Source of the DNA: Gemmatimonadota bacterium
Lineage (GTDB): Bacteria; Gemmatimonadota; Gemmatimonadetes; Palauibacterales; KS3-K002
Assembly (NCBI GenBank): GCA_039586795.1
Contig: JBDHJS010000064.1
Coordinates: forward strand, 1-32,503
DNA length: 32,503 nt
Direction: 5' to 3'
The position numbers and the translations under genes are program-made. Below, one piece after another: positions 27,103 to 32,503 of the stretch. The notes under the pieces were generated by a model. The model did not search any database. It was not told the origin of the DNA and worked only from the letters and a program-made list of their open reading frames with translations. The number at the start of each line of letters is the position of its first letter. Position 1 is the stretch's first letter.

Positions 27103-27154
27103 ATCTGACCATTCTGACTATTTTGACTATAATCATCCGAGCTCCCTTCCGCAA
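27103..27154 (-). promoter_or_regulatory. promoter and triple 9-bp direct-repeat operator of the phd-vapC operon
   Basis: Minus strand TTGCGG-17bp-TATAGT. Repeats TAGTCAAAA / TAGTCAGAA / TGGTCAGAT (27103-27129) overlap the -10 and start region. Confidence 0.65.
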
Positions 27155-27234
27155 CCGGCTGTCCTAGCTGCGACACCCGGAAGAAACATGCGATCAAGGC
27201 GGCAACGGATTGTCATCCTCGGATGGCAGCGGTC

Positions 27235-27306
27235 GAGCGGCGAGCGATTAGAGTGGAACGTGATGCCGGCGGGCGAGCGTCTGGTGGAGCCGTTCGAGAT
27301 TTCCGA
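27235..27306 (+). pseudogene. 72-bp remnant homologous to the DUF5916 gene (11050-11121)
   Basis: 67/72 nt identical. Encodes the same peptide SGERLEWNVMPAGERLVEPFEIS. Confidence 0.85.
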
Positions 27307-27397
27307 GCTCGATTGCCGCCACCGACCTCGGTTCCCATCTTCAAGCCAGGGCAACCACGCGGAAGTTCCAGCTTGACCGCCAGGTCTCTGCATTGCC

Positions 27398-28081
27398 ATG
27401 AGTGAGCGACGCTACAGCGAAGACGAGGTCGCCGCCATCTTCGAGTGGGCGGCCAAGGAACAGCACACGGGCCGGCGTCAGCTGCCGCCGGGGCAGGGCA
27501 TGACGCTGGCCGAGCTGCAGGAGATCGGCCGCGACGTCGGTCTCCCGGCTGAACTAGTGGCCCAGGGGGCGCTGGCCATCGAGAAGGGCGGGCGCCCCAC
27601 GTCTCGGAAGTTCCTCGGGCTGCCGATCGGGGTCGGCCGGACGATCGAGTTCGATCGGCGACTGACGGACGAGGAGTGGGAGCAGCTGGTGGGGGATTTG
27701 CGCCAGACCTTCGACGCGCGCGGCCACGTCAGATACGACGGGCCGTTCCGTCAGTGGACCGACGGCAACCTCGAGGCGCTGCTCGAGCCGACTCCGTCGG
27801 GACACCGGCTGCTGCTCCGGACCTACAAGGGCAACGCCCGCGGCCTGATGCTGTCGGGACTCGCCATCGCGGGCATCACGCTGGCGATGGGCGTGTTCGC
27901 CGGATCGCTGGCGGGTCTCGGTGCGATGGTGGCCATCGGACTAGGCATCTTCGGGGTCGGCGCGGCCCAGCTGCCCGGCTGGGCGCGACAACGCCGGGGC
28001 CAGATGGAGGCGGTGGCCGAGCGCCTGGCGCTGACGGCGGGCACGGGGCCGAAGGACGTCGGGCCAAGCGGGGAGAGCTGA
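27398..28081 (+). CDS. conserved-looking hypothetical membrane protein (2 C-terminal TM helices)
   Basis: 'RRYSEDEVAAIF...GMTLAELQEIGRDVG' N-terminus and a hydrophobic hairpin near the C-terminus. Strong GC3 codon bias. Confidence 0.8.
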   Translation: MSERRYSEDEVAAIFEWAAKEQHTGRRQLPPGQGMTLAELQEIGRDVGLPAELVAQGALAIEKGGRPTSRKFLGLPIGVGRTIEFDRRLTDEEWEQLVGDLRQTFDARGHVRYDGPFRQWTDGNLEALLEPTPSGHRLLLRTYKGNARGLMLSGLAIAGITLAMGVFAGSLAGLGAMVAIGLGIFGVGAAQLPGWARQRRGQMEAVAERLALTAGTGPKDVGPSGES

Positions 28082-28330
28082 GCCCGGAGCTTCCGTCACG
28101 CCTCCGCCAGCAGCCGCGCTTCCAACCGAACCCAGACAACTCCCAGCAGCGATCCATGCTGCTTCTTGTTGCCCGCGCCGTTAGCGGTCCCCGGTTGGCA
28201 CGATCTGGAACCCGCCACCCTGAAATGTCCGCGCTTCCAGGCTCTGCTGGCGAATTAGGACTCAGCGGATCAGTCGCGCTTGAAGATCCGTTGATGGCCG
28301 TGGCTGATGATCGTGTCAGTCGATCAAATG

Positions 28331-28369
28331 TTGCGCTGGAGATGGAGGGAGCATAATGTATACATTATG
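28331..28369 (+). promoter_or_regulatory. promoter and palindromic operator of the RHH-vapC operon
   Basis: TTGCGC-17bp-TAATGT. Perfect 18-bp palindrome CATAATGTATACATTATG (28352-28369) covers the -10 and the ATG. Confidence 0.7.
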
Positions 28370-28627
28370 ATGACACGTACTCAGATTACCTTATATCCAG
28401 AGCTGCTGCGCCGCGCCCGCCGCAAGGCCGCGGATGCCGGGATCTCGTTCGCCGAGTACGTCAGGCGCCTCATCGCCCAAGACTTGGGCGAGCCGACGGC
28501 GCCGGCCGACCCCTCGGCCGTGTTCAACCTCGGCGATTCCGGGGGGACCGACATCGCCCGGGATAAGGAGCGCCTGGTGGCCGAGGCGGCAGAAGCCGAG
28601 TACGAACGATCCCGGGGCTCGGAGTGA
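28367..28627 (+). CDS. ribbon-helix-helix antitoxin (VapB-like)
   Basis: 'MTRTQITLYPELLRRARRKAADAGISFAEYVRRLI'. GTGA overlap with the PIN gene. Confidence 0.85.
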   Translation: MMTRTQITLYPELLRRARRKAADAGISFAEYVRRLIAQDLGEPTAPADPSAVFNLGDSGGTDIARDKERLVAEAAEAEYERSRGSE

Positions 28628-29037
28628 GTCTGTTCGTCGACAGCTCGGTCTGGTACGCCGCGGCCGATGCCGGGGACCGCAGCAACGCGCGGGCCCGGGA
28701 GCTGCTATCGGGTGGCGAGCCTCTGGTCACCAGCGACCATGTGCTGGTGGAGAGCTGGCTGCTGCTGCGCCATCGCCTGGGGCGGGAGGCGGCGGAGCGA
28801 TTCTGGGGTGGGCTGAAAGCGGGTGTCGCCGCCATCGAGGCGGTAGGCGCGGCGGACCTGGAGACGGCCTGGGCGATCGGCGAGGCGTTTACTGACCAGG
28901 ACTTCTCGATCGTCGACCGCACCAGCTTCGCGGTGATGCAGCGCCTGGGCGTGCGACGCGTCGCCAGCTTCGACGATGACTTCGCCGTCTATCGGTTCGG
29001 TCGTGACCGGCGGCACGCGTTCGAGATCGTGCGGTAA
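28624..29037 (+). CDS. vapC: type II TA toxin, PIN domain (VapC family)
   Basis: 'LFVDSSVWYA...VTSDHVLVESW...FSIVDRTSFAVM...SFDDDF'. Confidence 0.92.
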   Translation: MSLFVDSSVWYAAADAGDRSNARARELLSGGEPLVTSDHVLVESWLLLRHRLGREAAERFWGGLKAGVAAIEAVGAADLETAWAIGEAFTDQDFSIVDRTSFAVMQRLGVRRVASFDDDFAVYRFGRDRRHAFEIVR

Positions 29038-29069
29038 CAGCACCAGCGCGACTTGGAATCCTTTCTGAA

Positions 29070-31847
29070 TCACTCGGCGCGCAACGCCTCCATCGGATCG
29101 GCGCTCGCGGCGCGGTGGGCCGGCAAGTAGCTGGCGATGGCGGCGACCGCGGCCAGCCCCAGCGCCACTGAGACGAACGTCAGCGGATCCAGCGGGCTCA
29201 CGCCGTAAAGCATCCCCGCCATCAATCGCGTCAGACCGACGGCCAGGCCCAGGCCGATCGTCACCCCAACCGCGGAGAGCACGAGGCTCTGACGCAACAC
29301 CATCAACTTGACCTGCTCGGCCCGCGCCCCCAACGCCATCCGCAGCCCCAACTCGTGGCTTCGCTGGTTGACGGCGTAAGAGATCACGCCGTAGACGCCT
29401 ACGATCCCGAGCAGCAGCGCCACGCCCGCCGCGATGGCCAGGAGGATGAGCGTGAAGGATGTACGGGCGATAGACCGCTCCATCATCTCGTTCAGCGGCT
29501 GCAGGCCGCGCACCGGCAGGTTCGGGTTGATCTCCCATATCGCGGCGCGCACCTCATCGAGGAACCCGACCGTGCCGACCCGGTCGCTGCGCACGGCGTA
29601 GCCCATCGCCCGACGGGTCCCGACCTGGTCCGGCGGGTCGTCCTCCCAGAACGCCAGCGTCACCTGCGGCCAGTAGACCTGCAGCGGTGGATCCCGGGAC
29701 AGTCCGTCCTCCCGCACGTCGGCGACCACGCCGACGATCTCGTACCAGCGGGCCGGATCCGGCTCCACCGCGATGCGTTGGCTCAACGCCGCTTCGGTCG
29801 AGCCCCAGTACTCACGCGCCAGTGCTTCGGAGACCAGCGCGACCGGGGCCCGCTGGTGGACGTCCTGCCAGGTGAGTGTGCGACCCAGGAGCAGCGGGAT
29901 CTGCAGCGTCTCGAGGTAACCGCCCCCCAACCACTTGTTGCGATGGATCGAAGCCACCTGGTCACCGGAGTAGTCGACCCCCTGTACGTAGAGCGGGTTC
30001 ACGATGCCGGTCCCGTCCATGGGAATGGAGCTGGCCAGCGCGACGGAGTGCACGCCGGGGATGTCCGCCAATCGGCGCGCGATGCGCTCGTGGGTCGCCG
30101 CGACTTCCGCCGCATCCCGCACCTCGTTGGACGGGATGTAGAGTTGGAGGGCCAGCGCGCTTTCCGGGTTGCGGACGCCGGGGTCGACGCTCCACAGAGA
30201 CAGGAAGCTGCGCAGCATGAGACCGGAAGCGATGAGCAGGACCAGGGCGAGGGCCATCTGGCTTACGGCCAGCGCGTTCAGTGCCCGGTTCCGTTCCCGG
30301 CCCGTCGTGCCGCTGCGACCGCCCTGCTTGAGCGCGGCCAACAGTTGAGATCCGCGGTGCTTGAACAGCGGGAAGATCCCGAAGAACGCGCCGGCGACCA
30401 GGGAGACCGCCAACGTGAACAGCAGGACGTGCGTGTTCAACGAAACCTCGTTCAGCCGGGGGAGGTTGGCGGCCCCCGCCGCCGCCAGCGCCTGCAGCCC
30501 GAAAGCGGCCAGCGTCAAACCGCCGGCCCCGCCCAGCAGGCCCAGCAAGAGGCTCTCCTTCAGGTACTCCCAGCCGATGCGACGCCGGTTGGCGCCCATA
30601 GCGGCTCGCACCGCCATCTCCGTCTGCCGGCCATCCGCCCGCACCAGGTAGAGGTTCGCCACGTTGGCGCAGGCGATGAGCAGGACGACGGCAACACCGG
30701 CCATGATGATCCAGAGGAGATCCGCGGCGCCGCCCAACAATGTCTCCTTCAACGGGCGGATGTTGGGTGTGTACCGAGCTCGCTCCGAGAAGTCGGCCAC
30801 CGGTCCGCCGGGAAACTTCTCGAACGCCAGCGGTAACAGGCGGGCCGCATCCGCGTTCGCTTCCTCGAGCGTCACCCCGTCTTTCAATCGCCCCAACCCT
30901 CGCCAGCCGACGTTGCCGACGAACAGTCTCGAGCGATCGAAACGCAACGGATAGATGATCGCGGCGTCGTCGCCCAGGGTCTGCAGACTCGCCGGCAGCA
31001 CGCCGACGATCTCCCATGTCGTGCCGTCTGCCTCGAGCGTCTGACCTACGACGTTCGGGTCACCGCCGAAGCGGCTTTGCCAGTACCCGTAACCCAGAGC
31101 TATGACGTCGGGCGACCCGGGCTCCTCGTCCGCTGGAGTGAAGATCCGGCCCAGCAGCGGCCGGACGCGCAGTGCCCGCAAGACGCCGCTCGTCACGCCA
31201 AGGTCCCGCACCGCCTCCGGCGCGCCGTGACCCGTGATGGTGGCCAGGGTGAACCCGTACATCCCCACGTCCTCGAATACTTGGTTCTCATCTTCGTAGG
31301 TGAAGTGCCACGCCGCGCACTGCCCGGCGCTTCGCACACCCAGGGCGGGTGCCGCGTGATCCAACGAGACCAGGCGATCTTCGTCGGCGAACGGCAGCGG
31401 CGACAGGATGATGGCTTCGACCAGCGAGAAGATTGCCGTGGTTGCCCCGATCCCCAGCGCCAGCACGATGATCACGACGCCGCTGAACAGCGGTCGACGG
31501 GCCAGCGACCGGACGGCCATCCGAAGATCGCGGGCGATGTCGGCCAGCGGGCGCCAGCCGCCGCCCCGGGCCCGCAGCCGTTCCTCCCGGCTCTCGGCCC
31601 AGCGGTTGAGTTGCGCCCGCAGGTGGGCCGGTTCGCTGCGGATCAGCTCGTCCGCCGCCGGCTTCGATTGTCCCAGCCAGGCCTCGACGAACGCTTCAGC
31701 TTCTTCCGGGCTGGCGCCCCGTGCCAGCGCTTCCTGATACAGATCCTCGAGATGATCCGCCAACTCGGCGATCACGCGCTCTTCCCGGTGACCCTTCATC
31801 TCGGGCAGGGACAGGCGCCGCCTGATATAGTCCTTCCAGTCATGCAT
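29070..31847 (-). CDS. ABC transporter permease, ADOP family, with N-terminal permease-prefix extension
   Basis: 'ELADHLED' prefix, then 'DLRMAVRSL...LALGIGATTAIFS', 'LLIACANVANL', 'ELGLRMALGA' and 'DPMEALRAE'. Confidence 0.93.
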   Translation of the reverse strand: MHDWKDYIRRRLSLPEMKGHREERVIAELADHLEDLYQEALARGASPEEAEAFVEAWLGQSKPAADELIRSEPAHLRAQLNRWAESREERLRARGGGWRPLADIARDLRMAVRSLARRPLFSGVVIIVLALGIGATTAIFSLVEAIILSPLPFADEDRLVSLDHAAPALGVRSAGQCAAWHFTYEDENQVFEDVGMYGFTLATITGHGAPEAVRDLGVTSGVLRALRVRPLLGRIFTPADEEPGSPDVIALGYGYWQSRFGGDPNVVGQTLEADGTTWEIVGVLPASLQTLGDDAAIIYPLRFDRSRLFVGNVGWRGLGRLKDGVTLEEANADAARLLPLAFEKFPGGPVADFSERARYTPNIRPLKETLLGGAADLLWIIMAGVAVVLLIACANVANLYLVRADGRQTEMAVRAAMGANRRRIGWEYLKESLLLGLLGGAGGLTLAAFGLQALAAAGAANLPRLNEVSLNTHVLLFTLAVSLVAGAFFGIFPLFKHRGSQLLAALKQGGRSGTTGRERNRALNALAVSQMALALVLLIASGLMLRSFLSLWSVDPGVRNPESALALQLYIPSNEVRDAAEVAATHERIARRLADIPGVHSVALASSIPMDGTGIVNPLYVQGVDYSGDQVASIHRNKWLGGGYLETLQIPLLLGRTLTWQDVHQRAPVALVSEALAREYWGSTEAALSQRIAVEPDPARWYEIVGVVADVREDGLSRDPPLQVYWPQVTLAFWEDDPPDQVGTRRAMGYAVRSDRVGTVGFLDEVRAAIWEINPNLPVRGLQPLNEMMERSIARTSFTLILLAIAAGVALLLGIVGVYGVISYAVNQRSHELGLRMALGARAEQVKLMVLRQSLVLSAVGVTIGLGLAVGLTRLMAGMLYGVSPLDPLTFVSVALGLAAVAAIASYLPAHRAASADPMEALRAE

Positions 31848-32256
31848 CGCTCACTCCGGGTTGGGCCGGGACGCCGCGTCACCGCCCGGGCCAGGTGTGC
31901 GGCTGATCGGCTGATACTTCGCCTGGCGGAGTATGCCTATTCTTGTGACGGCGGAGTTGGCGAAAAGGTTGTGCAACGTTGGAGGGTGCGAAAACTAGCC
32001 CACCGCCCGGCCTTCCTCGAAATCAGAGGAAGCGGGGTTCTCCACCTCCGACGCGTTCCGCAACGGACGAGGTGATGAGCGAATCAGACATTGTTCTCCA
32101 CCATTTGTTTGCTGGCGGCTCCCACTACTATCGGCGTGTCTGCCACGATGAGTAGTTTTACGTTGCTGAGCAACCGCTGCAGCGGTAGTAGGCGGTGGCG
32201 CCGTTGGGCGTGTACGGGATGGCAGTGATCAGGCCGTGGACTTGGACGAGGCGGCG

Positions 32257-32503
32257 ATGAAGACGTGGCATTGGGCACGCAGGAGCCCGTTGCAGATCGC
32301 AGCGGCGGCTATTGCGATCGTGTCCGTGCTGTCGGCCTGCGATGGCGCTCCGGGTGAGCGGGCGTCCTATATAGTGCGCGACAGCGCCGGCATCCAGATC
32401 GTCGAGAGCACGGCGCCGGCGTGGGAGCCGGGTGCGGAGTGGCGCGTGATGCCGGAGCCGGTCCTCACCGTCGGCGTGCTGGAGGGTCCCGAAGAGTACC
32501 AGC
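32257..32503 (+). CDS. N-terminus of a lipoprotein, probable 6-bladed beta-propeller type (runs off the window; absent from the ORF track)
   Basis: GAGG then ATG 32257. Reads MKTWHWARRSPLQIAAAAIAIVSVLSA|CDG...VRDSAGIQIVES...W...PVLTVGVLEGPEEYQ and stays open to the window end. Confidence 0.75.
   Translation, partial: MKTWHWARRSPLQIAAAAIAIVSVLSACDGAPGERASYIVRDSAGIQIVESTAPAWEPGAEWRVMPEPVLTVGVLEGPEEYQ

Noticed and set aside
26790..27197. Long N-terminal extension of the PIN toxin ORF
   Set aside because: It is off-frame overlap with the Phd antitoxin. The PIN motif begins at ATG 26789.
27188..27376. 62-aa ORF containing the DUF5916-like peptide as a real gene
   Set aside because: Only 23 codons are homologous and the flanks look non-coding. 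Reported as a remnant instead.
3819..32075. Many long antisense or alternate-frame ORFs (e.g. 3819-4946, 11900-13354, 22399-23418, 29355-30836, 31077-32075)
   Set aside because: These are shadow ORFs expected in high-GC coding DNA. Each overlaps a gene with clear family motifs.

Overview
High-GC bacterial window, probably from Gemmatimonadota (inferred from two ADOP-type permeases, TolB/TPR membrane proteins and an 'RDSAGI' beta-propeller lipoprotein). The centre (13748-26335) is a divergently transcribed multiheme-cytochrome locus with 65 CXXCH motifs counted by eye. The leftward arm encodes an Ig-domain lipoprotein cytochrome of 35 hemes, split by an apparent out-of-frame deletion at ~16448, followed by an Ig/beta-propeller lipoprotein. 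The rightward operon, mostly linked by stop/start overlaps, encodes a His-bearing inner-membrane protein, a TPR protein, 17-heme and 13-heme cytochromes, an outer-membrane beta-barrel and a membrane-anchored Fe-S/FAD NAD(P)H oxidoreductase. Together these look like a complete cytoplasm-to-surface electron conduit that may bypass quinones (inference). Flanking DNA carries exported hydrolases, a CBM9/DUF5916 protein, two ABC permeases and three type II toxin-antitoxin pairs with visible operators. A 72-bp orphan copy of part of the DUF5916 gene, differing only at synonymous sites, lies just beyond the cytochrome locus. No rRNA, tRNA, CRISPR, integrase or transposase was recognised.
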